NCBI GenBank assembly: GCA_963756875.1
Contig: CAVWPA010000003.1
Span: 992,001-1,056,000, forward strand
Origin: an uncultured Verrucomicrobiae bacterium
Lineage (GTDB): Bacteria > Verrucomicrobiota > Verrucomicrobiia > Chthoniobacterales > UBA10450
Direction of reading: 5' to 3'
DNA length: 64,000 nucleotides
Every line of letters starts with the position of its first letter. Position 1 is the stretch's first letter. Shown here one piece after another: positions 10,178 through 20,415 of the stretch. The notes under the pieces were generated by a model that saw nothing but the letters and a program-made list of their open reading frames with translations, was not told where the DNA came from and did not search any database. The position numbers were made by a program, and so were the translations under genes.

Positions 10178-10710
10178 TGGACTTTTCAACGCTGGCCAAT
10201 CTGATCAATGCGGTTGCGGTCACTGCCGGTGTTCTTTTCGCCGCTGCACAGATTAGCTACTATCGGAGGCGACGCCGGCGGGAGGCAATGTTGGACCTGG
10301 TCCGCTCGTTCCAAAGTCCGACGTTTGCAAAAGCGCTGCGCCGAATCGTCGAACTGCCGGAAGGCGCCACTGCCGAAGCACTTGTAGAAATCCTTGGCGC
10401 GGATGGTGAAGACCTGCTGGCCCATCTGACCGCTACCTGGGAAACGCTCGGCGTCTTGCTTTATCATAAGGAGATATCGCTGGAGATGATCGACGATTTC
10501 TTTAGCGGCCCGATTTTGATTTGCTGGCGAAAACTGCAGTCCTATATCAAAGAGATGCGCCGGCGGTACGATCGCGAAACATGGTTTGAATGGTTTCAAT
10601 GGCTTGCCGAACGGATGCATGAGCGCGAATCGGCGACGCCGGCCGTGCCCGCCTACATCGCTCACGCCCGCGGCACGAAATCTTACGATCAGTGGCTGCG
10701 AAGAAAATAG
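10177..10710 (+). CDS. Hypothetical protein with N-terminal TM helix (DUF4760-like)
   Basis: TAATG coupling to the serpin; TM helix followed by a helical domain with WETLGVL and FEWFQWLA. Confidence 0.6.
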   Translation: MDFSTLANLINAVAVTAGVLFAAAQISYYRRRRRREAMLDLVRSFQSPTFAKALRRIVELPEGATAEALVEILGADGEDLLAHLTATWETLGVLLYHKEISLEMIDDFFSGPILICWRKLQSYIKEMRRRYDRETWFEWFQWLAERMHERESATPAVPAYIAHARGTKSYDQWLRRK

Positions 10711-11216
10711 TTTAACCGGCCGTCGATGATCGCGGCCGCCGACGTGAATGGGTGTGGCTTGGTTTTGTTCGCGTCCAGAATGTGTGTGACGTCAACGCCG
10801 CGCGCTTTCAGGTAATCGGAAATTAGTGAACGATGGCAGCGCCACCAGACCGCCTCCGCGCATAGGATTGTTGTGGGCCCGGTTTTTTCCGCCAGGCGAA
10901 GAAGCCGTTCCACGCCTTCGCGAAACGGCTCCGTCTCCATGTAATCGGCATATCCGCGGAACGAAGCGTTGCGCCAGGCCATGTTACGCGAATCCTTTTT
11001 CGGTTTCCTTCGTCCGCCCAACTCCGGGAGATGCTCGTATTGAATGCCGGAGTTCCCTAACGACTCTGCAAGCGACTCCTTGTTAAACTGCGGATAACGC
11101 TTGGATCCCGGCAGGGTTCGCACGTCGACGACTAATTTGATTCCATTCGCTTTCAGCGCGGAAACGAAATCGTTGATATCTCGCGTTGAATGACCAATCG
11201 TCCAAATTTGAGTCAT
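10689..11216 (-). CDS. DUF488 family protein
   Basis: IWTIGHSTR, VDVRTLPGS, LGGRR, LCAEAVWWRCHR. Confidence 0.9.
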   Translation of the reverse strand: MTQIWTIGHSTRDINDFVSALKANGIKLVVDVRTLPGSKRYPQFNKESLAESLGNSGIQYEHLPELGGRRKPKKDSRNMAWRNASFRGYADYMETEPFREGVERLLRLAEKTGPTTILCAEAVWWRCHRSLISDYLKARGVDVTHILDANKTKPHPFTSAAAIIDGRLNYFLRSH

Positions 11217-11290
11217 GTTTTCCAAGATGCTTTTGCGATGGGCGTCGATAGGAGAGCGACTGATTGTCTTTCTAATCCGACAATCCTGCT

Positions 11291-12415
11291 TCACTCGATC
11301 TTTTTACGAAATCTGAGCGCGCAAAGGACGAAGAGCAGGATCGACATTGCGATCAGGATGATCAGGTCCGGCCAGTATTCCCAAAGATGCGCGCCGCGCA
11401 GAATGATCGCGCGCATGAGCGAGATGAAATAGGTCGTCGGGAAAAGCGCGCCGAGCGCGTAAAAGATCCACGGCATCGTTTCCCGTGGGAAAATGAAACC
11501 GGAGAAGAAGACACTTGGAAGCATGAAAACCATCGACATCTGCAGAGCTTGCATCTGATTTGTGGCTTTGGTTCCCACGAGCAGGCCGAGGCTGAGCAGC
11601 GCGAATACGTAGACCAACGTGGAAAACAGCATGGCGGTGACGCTGCCGACGATCGGCACGCTGAAGAGAAAACGCATGATCAAAAACAGCGTGATCGCCA
11701 TGGCCATCCCGATGCAAAGATAAGGAACCAGTTTGCCAAGCATGAGGCCCGCGCGGCTTAACGGACTAACAAGTAATTGTTCCAGCGTGCCCCGTTCCCG
11801 CTCCCGCACGAGCGCCATGGCCGTCGCGACGACCGTGCCGATTTGCAGCACCACGCCAATTACACCGGGGACGAAAAAATTCGGCGCGCGCATTGCCGGG
11901 TTGTAAAGCATCTGCGGACGAAGATCGATCGGAGGAGCGCGCCGGCCCGTCTCGCGCAGGAGCGTTTCCAGGGATTGGGTCAAAGTCACACCGAGTCCGG
12001 TATTGAGCGCCTGCAGCGCGGTAGTGGAATTTGATCCATCCACAATTAATTGGACCTGCGCGGAATGGCCCGCGCGCAGTTCTCGAGTGAAATTCGGCGG
12101 GATATCCAACGCGGCATAAGCGCGCCCCCTGCGCATTTCGCTTTTCAACTCTGCTATGCTTTGGACTTCGCCCACCACGCGAAAAGTCTCGGTGTTTACA
12201 AATCGATCGATGAGCTGGCGGCTTTCCACGGTGCGGTCCTCATTCAGAACAAGCATCGCCATATGTTTTACGTCGTTGTCGAGGGCATAGCCGAACGCAA
12301 TCATTTCAATCAGCGGTGGAAAAAACATGAAGAACAGCGTCATCGGATCGCGCCAGACGACGATGAATTCCTTGAACAAGATTGCGCCGAGCCCGCGGAA
12401 GAGCTTGCTTCTCAT
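11291..12415 (-). CDS. ABC-2 type transporter permease (YbhR/S-like)
   Basis: KEFIVVWRDP, RERERGTLEQLLVSP, SGFIFP. Confidence 0.9.
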   Translation of the reverse strand: MRSKLFRGLGAILFKEFIVVWRDPMTLFFMFFPPLIEMIAFGYALDNDVKHMAMLVLNEDRTVESRQLIDRFVNTETFRVVGEVQSIAELKSEMRRGRAYAALDIPPNFTRELRAGHSAQVQLIVDGSNSTTALQALNTGLGVTLTQSLETLLRETGRRAPPIDLRPQMLYNPAMRAPNFFVPGVIGVVLQIGTVVATAMALVRERERGTLEQLLVSPLSRAGLMLGKLVPYLCIGMAMAITLFLIMRFLFSVPIVGSVTAMLFSTLVYVFALLSLGLLVGTKATNQMQALQMSMVFMLPSVFFSGFIFPRETMPWIFYALGALFPTTYFISLMRAIILRGAHLWEYWPDLIILIAMSILLFVLCALRFRKKIE

Positions 12416-12417
12416 AT

Positions 12418-13392
12418 TTACGCCGCCTTCTGCTTCGGCTCCGCTTTTGCGTACTTCGCGCTCAAGGTAACGAAAACATCTTCAAGAGAAGGGCCGATCT
12501 CGTGGATCTCCGCATGCGAAATCGCGACCTGACGCAATTTCTCCTCGATCTTCGCGCTGGTGAGATTTTCGTCCACCAGGAGGTGCATTGATTGACCGAA
12601 CACGGTCGCGCTTCGCACCCCGGGCATCTGGTGCATAGCTTGCAGTGCGGTCGTGACGTGATCGCACGTGACATCAAGCCGGCGCGTGCCGCGCGGGTTT
12701 ACTTCCGGCATGCGCTTTAGCTCGTCCGGCTCTCCGCACACGATCAATTTCGACATGTAAATGTAACCGACATGATCGCACCGCTCGGCTTCGTCCATGT
12801 AATGCGTTGTGACAAAAAGCGTCATGCCCTCGCCGGCGAATTGGAAAAGCAAATCCCAAAGCTCCCGCCGAGCGACGGGATCGATGCCGGCCGTCGGTTC
12901 GTCCAGGAACAGGACGATCGGTTTGTGCATGAGCGAACAGGCCATGGCAAGCCGTTGCCGCCAGCCGCCGGAAAGCTGCGCCGCGCGCCTGCCGAGGTAC
13001 GGTTCCAGGTGGGTCGTTGCGATCATCTCATCGCGCCGCTGAGTCAATCCACGATCGCTCAAACCGTAAAGTTTTCCGGCGAAGATGAGGTTCTCGTTCA
13101 CGGTCAGCTCGTCATAGAGCGAGAACTGTTGCGACATGTAACCGATGATGTCCTTGATCGATTCGGTGTCGCGAATGACATCGTGCCCGTTGATGCGCGC
13201 GGTGCCTTCGGTCGGTTCGAGAATCCCGCAGAGCATTCGAATGATCGTCGATTTGCCGGAACCGTTCGGTCCGAGAAACCCGAAGATCGACCCTTTCCCG
13301 ACAGAAAACGAAACGTGATCGACGGCGGTGAAATTGCCGAACCGTTTGGTCAGACCCTCGCACTCGATCATGGGTTCCACGTTTGTTGTCAT
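12418..13392 (-). CDS. ABC transporter ATP-binding protein
   Basis: GPNGSGKST, LSGG, LDEPTAG; start may be 13371. Confidence 0.92.
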   Translation of the reverse strand: MTTNVEPMIECEGLTKRFGNFTAVDHVSFSVGKGSIFGFLGPNGSGKSTIIRMLCGILEPTEGTARINGHDVIRDTESIKDIIGYMSQQFSLYDELTVNENLIFAGKLYGLSDRGLTQRRDEMIATTHLEPYLGRRAAQLSGGWRQRLAMACSLMHKPIVLFLDEPTAGIDPVARRELWDLLFQFAGEGMTLFVTTHYMDEAERCDHVGYIYMSKLIVCGEPDELKRMPEVNPRGTRRLDVTCDHVTTALQAMHQMPGVRSATVFGQSMHLLVDENLTSAKIEEKLRQVAISHAEIHEIGPSLEDVFVTLSAKYAKAEPKQKAA

Positions 13393-13485
13393 CTCGAGCG
13401 AAGCGGGTTGGAGTGCAGCGCAGTCAAAGTAATTGATGTACCCATGGCATTTCCGCGAGGTCCCTTGCATTCGTTAGGCATGCCA
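13387..13485. repeat. Degenerate TGTCAT..GAGCGAAG palindromic element
   Basis: tgtcatctcgagcgaagcg ... ttcgttaggcatgcca; related arms at 441-454, 56106-56133 and 60650-60698. Confidence 0.55.
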
Positions 13486-13486
13486 T

Positions 13487-14389
13487 TCATTTTATGTTCG
13501 CGAAATAAGCGTCCGCTGCCATGCCGGCGCGCAGACGGTCGTCATTGTTTGGCAAACGAATCTTCACGCCGAAGACCTGATGAATGCGATCTGCGACGGT
13601 CTGCACATTGCGCGGCGTGAATTCGGCTTGACGATTGATCTGCTCGACCACGCCGGGGAAATCGGTATGCGGAAACGAATCAGTCCGGATGCGCACACGC
13701 TCGCCCAGCTTAATCAAGCCCAGCCACGTTTCAGGCACGTAAACGCGCACCCAGAGGTGCTGCGGCAACAGCAGCGTGGCCACCTCACCGTTCGGCGGCA
13801 GAACGTCGCCTACCTTCACGCTTAACACTTCCAGAATCGAGTCGGTCGGCGCGACAACCTGCATCTCCGCCAGTTGCGCGTCGATGTCGGCCAACTGCGC
13901 ACGCGCCTGAATAATCCGCATCTGTGCCGCTTCCACGCTTTTTGCCTGCGCTTTCGCAGCGCTCTCCGCGCGCTCGGCGTCATTCGGCGAAACGACTTTG
14001 TGTTTTAAAAGGTCCTCCTGTCGCTTTGCATCGGCGCGCAAAAATTCGAGCTGCGCGGCCTGTGCGCCGGCATCGCGGATCGCAGTGTCGATTTGAGCTG
14101 CGGCCAGGTTGCGGCGCGCCCGCAACTCGGACGCTTCCAATTGCGCGATTAATTGACCTTGATGCAGTCGATCGCCTTCCCGCGCGAAAATCTTCTCCAC
14201 GCGTCCGCTTGAGCGCGGACCGACGTGTGCTTCATCCACTTCAATCGTTCCGGAAACAGCGTTCTTCCGATTTTGGCAGCCGCAGGCCAGGATCAACAAT
14301 GCAAGCAAAGCCAGGGTGGGAGGCAGGTTTTTGATGTTTGGTCGCACGTTGATTCTTGCTATGAAACGAGATTTCGCTCGCTTCCGCAA
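13487..14389 (-). CDS. HlyD/YbhG-like membrane fusion protein
   Basis: SGTIEVDE, EGDRL, AEFTPRNVQT, LRAGM; the real start is probably downstream of 14389. Confidence 0.88.
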   Translation of the reverse strand: MRKRAKSRFIARINVRPNIKNLPPTLALLALLILACGCQNRKNAVSGTIEVDEAHVGPRSSGRVEKIFAREGDRLHQGQLIAQLEASELRARRNLAAAQIDTAIRDAGAQAAQLEFLRADAKRQEDLLKHKVVSPNDAERAESAAKAQAKSVEAAQMRIIQARAQLADIDAQLAEMQVVAPTDSILEVLSVKVGDVLPPNGEVATLLLPQHLWVRVYVPETWLGLIKLGERVRIRTDSFPHTDFPGVVEQINRQAEFTPRNVQTVADRIHQVFGVKIRLPNNDDRLRAGMAADAYFANIK

Positions 14390-14452
14390 GCGGCGCCAAT
14401 TGTCACAAGCGCGCCTTGCCAGCAGCCCGCTTATTCGATAAGTAAAACAGCA

Positions 14453-14866
14453 ATGGCCGGTTACTCAGGAACGCCGCTTGCCCAGAAGCTCGGCATCAAG
14501 CCAGAAAGCTCGGTAATTGTCGTTAATGAACCATCAAACTACCGAAAATTGCTCGGTAAAGGCGCGAAGGATGTGAATTTTTCCGGGCGCACAAGAGACG
14601 GCTCCGATTTCGTTCACTTTTTCACCACACGTCGCAGCGAGTTGCAAAAGCAATTGAAGAAGTTACGCGGGAAAATCGCCGACACCGGAATTGTCTGGGT
14701 GTCGTGGCCGAAAAAATCGGCGGGTGTACCGACCGATGTAACCGAAGACGTGATTCGTTCCGTGGCATTGCCGCTTGGATTTGTCGATGTGAAAGTGTGC
14801 GCTGTGGATGAGACCTGGTCTGGATTGAAGTTGATGATTCGGCGAGAGAACCGAAGATGTAATTGA
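14453..14866 (+). CDS. DUF3052 family protein
   Basis: MAGYSGTPLAQKLGIK, WVSWPKK, DVKVCAVDETWSGLKL. Confidence 0.85.
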   Translation: MAGYSGTPLAQKLGIKPESSVIVVNEPSNYRKLLGKGAKDVNFSGRTRDGSDFVHFFTTRRSELQKQLKKLRGKIADTGIVWVSWPKKSAGVPTDVTEDVIRSVALPLGFVDVKVCAVDETWSGLKLMIRRENRRCN

Positions 14867-14954
14867 CTCTCACCAGGCCCTTTCATGTCCTCCTGTCCAT
14901 GGGGGGAGAGGATTGCCTGCCGCGCCGTAGCAAGGTGTAGACGGGAGGTGAGGG
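14867..14954. repeat. CTCACC...GGTGAG palindromic element (degenerate)
   Basis: ctctcacc...gggagagg...ggtgaggg; same family as 30740, 45267 and 60411. Confidence 0.6.
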
Positions 14955-14976
14955 CGCACGTTAATTAGAAATAAAA

Positions 14977-15375
14977 ATGCGACGCTTGGATCACATTGAT
15001 TTGCGAGTGAAAGATTTCCAGCAGGCGATGAAGTTTTATCAAAAACTTCTGCCTGAGCTTGGATTTGGTTGCGATCATTCCGATGAGACGTGGGGGACGT
15101 TTTACTCGGCCGGGAAGGATAAGCCGGCTGAGTTTTTTGGTTTCACGGAAGACAAGCATCATCGACCCAACGGAACGCGCATTGCATTCTGGGCGACTAG
15201 TCGGGGCGAGGTCGATCGGATTGCGAAACTGGTCCGCGAAATCGGTGGCCAGAATTTGGAAGGCCCGGAGATTTGTGCCGGTTACAGCCCGGGCTATTAC
15301 GCCTTCTTTTTTGAGGACCCGGATGGCAACAAGCTGGAAATTTGCTGCCGCGAGAATCCAATCGTTGCGGAGTGA
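14977..15375 (+). CDS. VOC/glyoxalase family protein
   Basis: LDHIDLRV, YYAFFFEDPDGNKLE. Confidence 0.9.
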   Translation: MRRLDHIDLRVKDFQQAMKFYQKLLPELGFGCDHSDETWGTFYSAGKDKPAEFFGFTEDKHHRPNGTRIAFWATSRGEVDRIAKLVREIGGQNLEGPEICAGYSPGYYAFFFEDPDGNKLEICCRENPIVAE

Positions 15376-15400
15376 AAAGAGTTCGGCGAAGAGTTGATAA

Positions 15401-15937
15401 ATGACCGAACACGCGCATGAGCTTGCCCTTTTGCAGGGGCAGCGGCGCGTTCGCTATCTCAAGATCATCGCGCTTTTCAAGATCGCGAAGGCGGTGCTCC
15501 TGTTCATTCTCGGATTTTCGCTGCTCTTCGTAAATGCGCGAGACACCTGGATGGATGCAATCTCCAACTGGGCCGCCGACGAAATTCTCCTCGAACATAG
15601 CCGGGCGGTGATCTATTTACTGAACAAGCTGCAAGCGGGGCTGGCCGGAGGAGCTTTGCGCGCGACGGGGCTCCTGGCGTTATTTTATTGCGCTGTTCTC
15701 TTCACGGAAGGATTCGGCGTCTATATGCAACAACGCTGGGCGGAGTTTCTCATGATTTTTGCAACATCGGCGTTTATTCCAATTGAGATTCGCCACCTTT
15801 GGCATCGCCCGAGCCTGATTGCGCTGCTCATTCTGCTGGCGAACCTTTTCATCGTTTGGTTTTTGTATCTCGTCCTCAAACGCGGCAAAACAGAGGCACA
15901 CGCCAAATCGCGCCGCGAACTGGTGGAGACTCGTTAG
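15401..15937 (+). CDS. DUF2127 family membrane protein
   Basis: IALFKIAK, EGFGVY..RWAE, FIPIEI. Confidence 0.8.
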   Translation: MTEHAHELALLQGQRRVRYLKIIALFKIAKAVLLFILGFSLLFVNARDTWMDAISNWAADEILLEHSRAVIYLLNKLQAGLAGGALRATGLLALFYCAVLFTEGFGVYMQQRWAEFLMIFATSAFIPIEIRHLWHRPSLIALLILLANLFIVWFLYLVLKRGKTEAHAKSRRELVETR

Positions 15938-15957
15938 GTCCGGCGCCGGACTGGCCT

Positions 15958-16540
15958 TTACGTTTTCGGCTCAATGCCGAACTCAGCGAGGGCGGCGATC
16001 GTTTTCTCCATCGGCAAACCGACGACATTCGTGTAGGAGCCCTCGATTTTCCCGATAATTTCCGCGCCTGCTCCCTGTGCCGCATAGGCGCCGGCCTTGT
16101 CCAGCGGGTTTACTTTGTCGAGGTATGCCAGAATGGCAACGTCGTTCAACCGGCGAAAGTAAACGCGGGAGATTTCCCGAAAACTGGTCGATCTCGCCCT
16201 CGCGAGGTGACAAACAAATGCCGAGGTGCAGACTTCATGCGCGCGTCCGCTCAACCGCCGCAGAATGGCGATGGCTTCGTCACGATTCGCTGGTTTGCCG
16301 ATGATCTGATCGTCTAAAGCAACCAGCGTATCGGCAGCCAGTACCGACTTTGTCCGGATAGGCGCGCGCCACCGACATCGCTTTTCGTATCGCATTAAAG
16401 GCGGTCAGTTCGCTCAGCGTAAAATGACCGCTGAATTGTTCGGCGAGGCTGGGTGCCACGCTGGTGAAATCAAATCCAGCCTCGGCGAGCAGCGTATGAC
16501 GTCGTGACGAGCTTGATGCAAGTAATAACAAGGACCCCAT
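15958..16540 (-). CDS. maf: Maf nucleotide pyrophosphatase, split by an apparent +1 frameshift near 16344
   Basis: LASSSSRR in one frame; LAADT, GKP, DKAGAY and NVVGLP in another; deleting one C at 16344 joins them. Confidence 0.85.
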
Positions 16541-16565
16541 CCAATCCCAATGCCCCGCGTCGAAA

Positions 16566-17276
16566 CTACGGGGTAGGCGCCGCCTTTACGGCCGGTTTCT
16601 CTTCGTGTTCCCGCGGAGACACACTCATCTCCGGCACTTTCAGTTCTCGATAATCCTTCGGAACAGCAAATTCCGAATCGCTTAACGGATCCTGTTTGAT
16701 GGTCCTCAGCGTGGTGGTGATTTCGTGTCCGCCGATCGATACGACAGTTTTGATCGGCAACCCGGGAAAGTCGCTATAGTCGGGCATCCCTTTGTTAGCC
16801 GGTTTCCAGGTTTGTGCATTGAGCACCTGCAATTGTTTAAGAATGGCCGCGCCACCGGGGTATTTTGGCGCGATCCAGTAGCTCGCCTTGAATTTGGGCG
16901 TTTCTAAAACGTATTCCTCCGTCTGGTAACCATTGATTGTTTCTTTTTTCCCTGTTGGCGTGAGCTTTGGCTTTTCGGTCGTTGCGCTTTTCCCGCTGAA
17001 CTGACTCATCATGTGGGCGGCCGCTTTCATTGTCTCTGCCGAGATCCGGACAACCGCCTTTTGGTCGTTCATCAGGTTGATGACCTCGCCGGTTTTGCGA
17101 TCGACAATGGTGGTGAGCTTCGGTGTCGCTTCAATGCGCGCCTTATCCCCTTTGATTTTAATCGTTACATCACCGCTCTGGCCGCCGCCTTCGATTTTCT
17201 GCACGATGGTGAGATCGGCGCGCGCACTGACGACGAGGCAAACACTGAGTAGAAAGGAGGCGCCTGCGATTTTCAT
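16566..17276 (-). CDS. Secreted DUF4412-like protein
   Basis: Signal peptide; TGKKETINGYQTEEY, F.VP.DY. Confidence 0.7.
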   Translation of the reverse strand: MKIAGASFLLSVCLVVSARADLTIVQKIEGGGQSGDVTIKIKGDKARIEATPKLTTIVDRKTGEVINLMNDQKAVVRISAETMKAAAHMMSQFSGKSATTEKPKLTPTGKKETINGYQTEEYVLETPKFKASYWIAPKYPGGAAILKQLQVLNAQTWKPANKGMPDYSDFPGLPIKTVVSIGGHEITTTLRTIKQDPLSDSEFAVPKDYRELKVPEMSVSPREHEEKPAVKAAPTP

Positions 17277-17439
17277 CGTTCGAGTTAGCTAGACACCGTC
17301 CGCTGAAATAGCAAGTGCTTCAATCCGTATGCCGCATTGATCAGGATCATGATCAGGATTCCGATTAAGGGTGAGAATCGGAACGCGGTTCCAAAAAGCA
17401 CTTGGCAGCGACCCGGCTGCGCGGCACTGTTTTGGCAGC

Positions 17440-17510
17440 GCGGGCATAGCTTAATGGTAAAGTTCCAGCCTTCCAAGCTGGCCATGCGGGTTCGATTCCC
17501 GTTGCCCGCT
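17440..17510 (+). tRNA. tRNA-Gly(TCC)
   Basis: GCGGGCA/TGCCCGC acceptor stem, CCAGC-CTTCCAA-GCTGG anticodon arm, GGTTCGATTCC. Confidence 0.95.
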
Positions 17511-17597
17511 TTCCTCCATCTTCCCTGTCTCGAGTCTCGCCTGCTGCGCTGAAATCGCGAGATTTCTATTGACCCTAAATGAACGCAGGTAGGATAC

Positions 17598-18350
17598 TTG
17601 GAGCTCGTTCAACAAAAAGGGCTTATGAAGAGGTTGCTAGCGTCATTTCGCACTAAACGCGTTCCGGGAATTCTTAACTTGGCGCTCGTTGTTTGTCCGG
17701 GCTGCGCATTGGCGCTCTTTTTTTGGGCGGCGACCGCGCCCCAGGTCGGAGCGAACGAGATTACACCCGCGGAGATGATTCAATCAAAGCTCCCACAAAA
17801 CAAAACTCTGGCGACCGCGAGCAAGTCCGAAGTTCTTTCCGCCATTTGCGGCGCAGTTCGGAAATGGCAAAACGATGTTCCACAAATTGTGCGAACGGCG
17901 GCTGGCGCACGCCGGGAAATTGCCGTCGATATCGTAAAGACGGGCATCCGTTGTCTGGATCCGGAGTCTGACGCGAAGTCGGTTGCTGTGGATCCTGATT
18001 GCGACCTGGTCGGGCAGACTGTGGCGGTCGGACTGGCGGTAGATCCGGAGCACGCGTCGAACATTATGGAACTGGCGCTGCAACTGGTTCCGGATTGCCG
18101 CGGAGCAATCGAGACCGTGGGTACGCCCGCCGAAGGGCCCGCAGATATTGCAAACGGCCCGACAAATATAAATCCGATCCCGGGCTCCGCCGGCGGCGCG
18201 GGCGGATTTGACCCGCAACAAAGCAGGATAGTTATTTGCGATAACGGCCAGAACGTTCAGATATCGACATCACGGAAAAACGCTTATCTGGGCTCCCACC
18301 CTGGCGCGCGCCTGGGGGTCTGCCAGGCATCACCGGACGTGAATCGGTAA
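17598..18350 (+). CDS. Hypothetical exported Cys-containing protein
   Basis: Hydrophobic N-terminus, paired cysteines, Pro/Gly linker; start uncertain. Confidence 0.6.
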   Translation: MELVQQKGLMKRLLASFRTKRVPGILNLALVVCPGCALALFFWAATAPQVGANEITPAEMIQSKLPQNKTLATASKSEVLSAICGAVRKWQNDVPQIVRTAAGARREIAVDIVKTGIRCLDPESDAKSVAVDPDCDLVGQTVAVGLAVDPEHASNIMELALQLVPDCRGAIETVGTPAEGPADIANGPTNINPIPGSAGGAGGFDPQQSRIVICDNGQNVQISTSRKNAYLGSHPGARLGVCQASPDVNR

Positions 18351-18471
18351 CGGCTTGGTTTGTTAAGAATCCTGGGGAATGCCGTCGGCACTTAGACTGC
18401 AACGGCTTTCCTGTCGGCAAGTTTCCGACTCGTCCGGCGGCGCCTCGTCAGCAAACTCTATTTTCCGCCGC

Positions 18472-20280
18472 ATGAATAATTCCGCCGCGATCAGCCGGGG
18501 CGCAGAAATCGTCGCGGCAATTCTTTTAGTCACATCGTTCGCGCTGACCCAAGCGTTGATCGGCGGGATGCGTCTCCTGTTCAGTTTGCCCGCCTATGGT
18601 CTTCTCGCTCTGGTTGCCTTTCTTTCAGTTTTTTCGCTGCGTCGAATAAAGCCGCTGCCCGACCAGCTCTGTCTTTTAGGCGCAGCCGCCTTCTTTTCCT
18701 ACGTTCTCATTCGTGCCTTGCTGTCGCCGGTGCCGTACCTGGCGCGCGCCGACATCTATTCAATTCTTGGCGGGCTGATTGTTTATCTGTTCGTCGCATG
18801 CGTTCTGGTTAACACGAGAGCGAGAATGGCTGTGGCGGTTTTTCTCCTGATCTTCGCGCTGGCGCACGTCGTCGTCGGCGCGATCCAGTTCCGGGAAGCG
18901 AACAACTTCATGCCGATCTCGTTCCTGCAGCGGTTCGATTATGGCCAGCGCGCGAGCGGTTTTTATATTTGCCCAAACCATCTGGCCGGCTTGCTGGAGG
19001 TGGTCGGTCTTTTTGGCCTGAGCCTTGTCTGCTGGAGCCGATGGCCGGTCTGGGGAAAGATTCTGGTCGGCTATATGGCGGCCATCTGTTATGCCGGTCT
19101 GGTTTTGACCGGCAGTCGTGGCGGCTATCTGAGCGGGGCGGGGAGTCTTCTTGTTTTTGCCGCATTGAGTTTGCTCATGTTGCGCCATGCCGGTTCGGAG
19201 TTATTCCGGCGCGTGGTGATTGCGGGATCTCTCGCAGCAGTGGTCATCGCCGGCTCTTGTTTCTTTTTTATCCATAAGAGCGATTATCTCAGCGGGCGCG
19301 CAGGGAATGTTGTCGACACCACCAACATTCGGCTCGATTTCTGGCAGGCCGCGCTCAAACAATGGCGGCTCCAGCCTGTCGCAGGCACGGGCGCCGGCAC
19401 CTATCTCTTCTTTGGACGCCAGTTTCGAACCGATCGCGTTCAGATCGATCCCGTGGAAGTGCATAACGATTACCTCCATCTTCTGGCTGAATATGGAATT
19501 CTGGGCGCGGTTGGCTGTGCGATTTTCCTGGCTGCACATGCGCGCCGGGGTTGGAAGAGTTTTCAAAGGCTTGGGCCGTGGCGCATAGCTGCCTCCGGAC
19601 GGCTTTTTAGTAACGCCCTGGCGCTGAACCTGGCCGCGCTTTGTTCGGTCGCCGCGATTGCGATCCACTCGGCTGTCGATTTCAACATGCACATCCCGGC
19701 GAACGTTCTTCTTCTTGCCTTCGTCTTCGGCTTGCTTGCCAATCCCGGGATAGAACGAAATGGCGCGCCCGAGCGCGTTTCTTTTTCCACGGTTTCATGG
19801 CGGCTCGCCTTGCCGGCGCTCGGTGTCATTGTGGCCATCCAATGCGTCCGCCTGTTGCCAGGCGAGTACTTCAGCGAGCGGTCCCGGACTGCGTTGCGAG
19901 ACTTTAAGCCCGCGGAATCGATCCTCTTTGCGTTGCGCGGACTTTCCTACGAACGGCAGAATCCCGATTTGTACAACTATCTTGGGAGGGCCCGTCTCGC
20001 GCAGGGTTATAAGATGAGCGATCCGGCAGCCCGGCACTCCTTTTATCAGGCAGCGCTCGATGCATTTTGGAAGGGACGGGCGCTCGTCCCGCGTGATGAA
20101 AACTTCGCTCTTGAACTCGGGCTTACCTACGACGCCCTGGACCGGTATTCAGAAGCGGAATGGATGTTTGCAGAAGCGCGCGCATTGGATCCCCGGTCCA
20201 AGTCCATAAAGGAAGCGTATAAGGCGCATCTTGATCGCTGGCGTAAGGCCTATTCTCGGCCGACGGCAAACAACGAATGA
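18472..20280 (+). CDS. O-antigen ligase/Wzy_C family protein with C-terminal TPR
   Basis: PNHLAG, TGSRGG, GTGAGTY, HNDYLHLLAEYG; TPR-like tail. Confidence 0.85.
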   Translation: MNNSAAISRGAEIVAAILLVTSFALTQALIGGMRLLFSLPAYGLLALVAFLSVFSLRRIKPLPDQLCLLGAAAFFSYVLIRALLSPVPYLARADIYSILGGLIVYLFVACVLVNTRARMAVAVFLLIFALAHVVVGAIQFREANNFMPISFLQRFDYGQRASGFYICPNHLAGLLEVVGLFGLSLVCWSRWPVWGKILVGYMAAICYAGLVLTGSRGGYLSGAGSLLVFAALSLLMLRHAGSELFRRVVIAGSLAAVVIAGSCFFFIHKSDYLSGRAGNVVDTTNIRLDFWQAALKQWRLQPVAGTGAGTYLFFGRQFRTDRVQIDPVEVHNDYLHLLAEYGILGAVGCAIFLAAHARRGWKSFQRLGPWRIAASGRLFSNALALNLAALCSVAAIAIHSAVDFNMHIPANVLLLAFVFGLLANPGIERNGAPERVSFSTVSWRLALPALGVIVAIQCVRLLPGEYFSERSRTALRDFKPAESILFALRGLSYERQNPDLYNYLGRARLAQGYKMSDPAARHSFYQAALDAFWKGRALVPRDENFALELGLTYDALDRYSEAEWMFAEARALDPRSKSIKEAYKAHLDRWRKAYSRPTANNE

Positions 20281-20415
20281 GTCGTAATCGGAGAAGCGTT
20301 GTAACAAATGAAAGACGGAGCGAGAAATTCATTGCTGAAATTCAGGCAGCCGCTTACCCTCGGAACTCGGCTTGGTATCTGGAATTCGCGTTTTTTTGTG
20401 GCGTGGCGTGACGAT

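Noticed and set aside
15958..16540. Calling maf, dinG and DUF1460 pseudogenes
   Set aside because: Each has only one lesion in a shared context with intact motifs, so a sequencing error is more likely.
17336..17385. ATCAGG/ATCATG hexamer run before tRNA-Gly
   Set aside because: Too short and degenerate to assign; possibly half of another repeat.
7211..17510. Genomic island between tRNA-Lys and tRNA-Gly
   Set aside because: No integrase, no duplicated tRNA 3' end and no clear composition shift seen.
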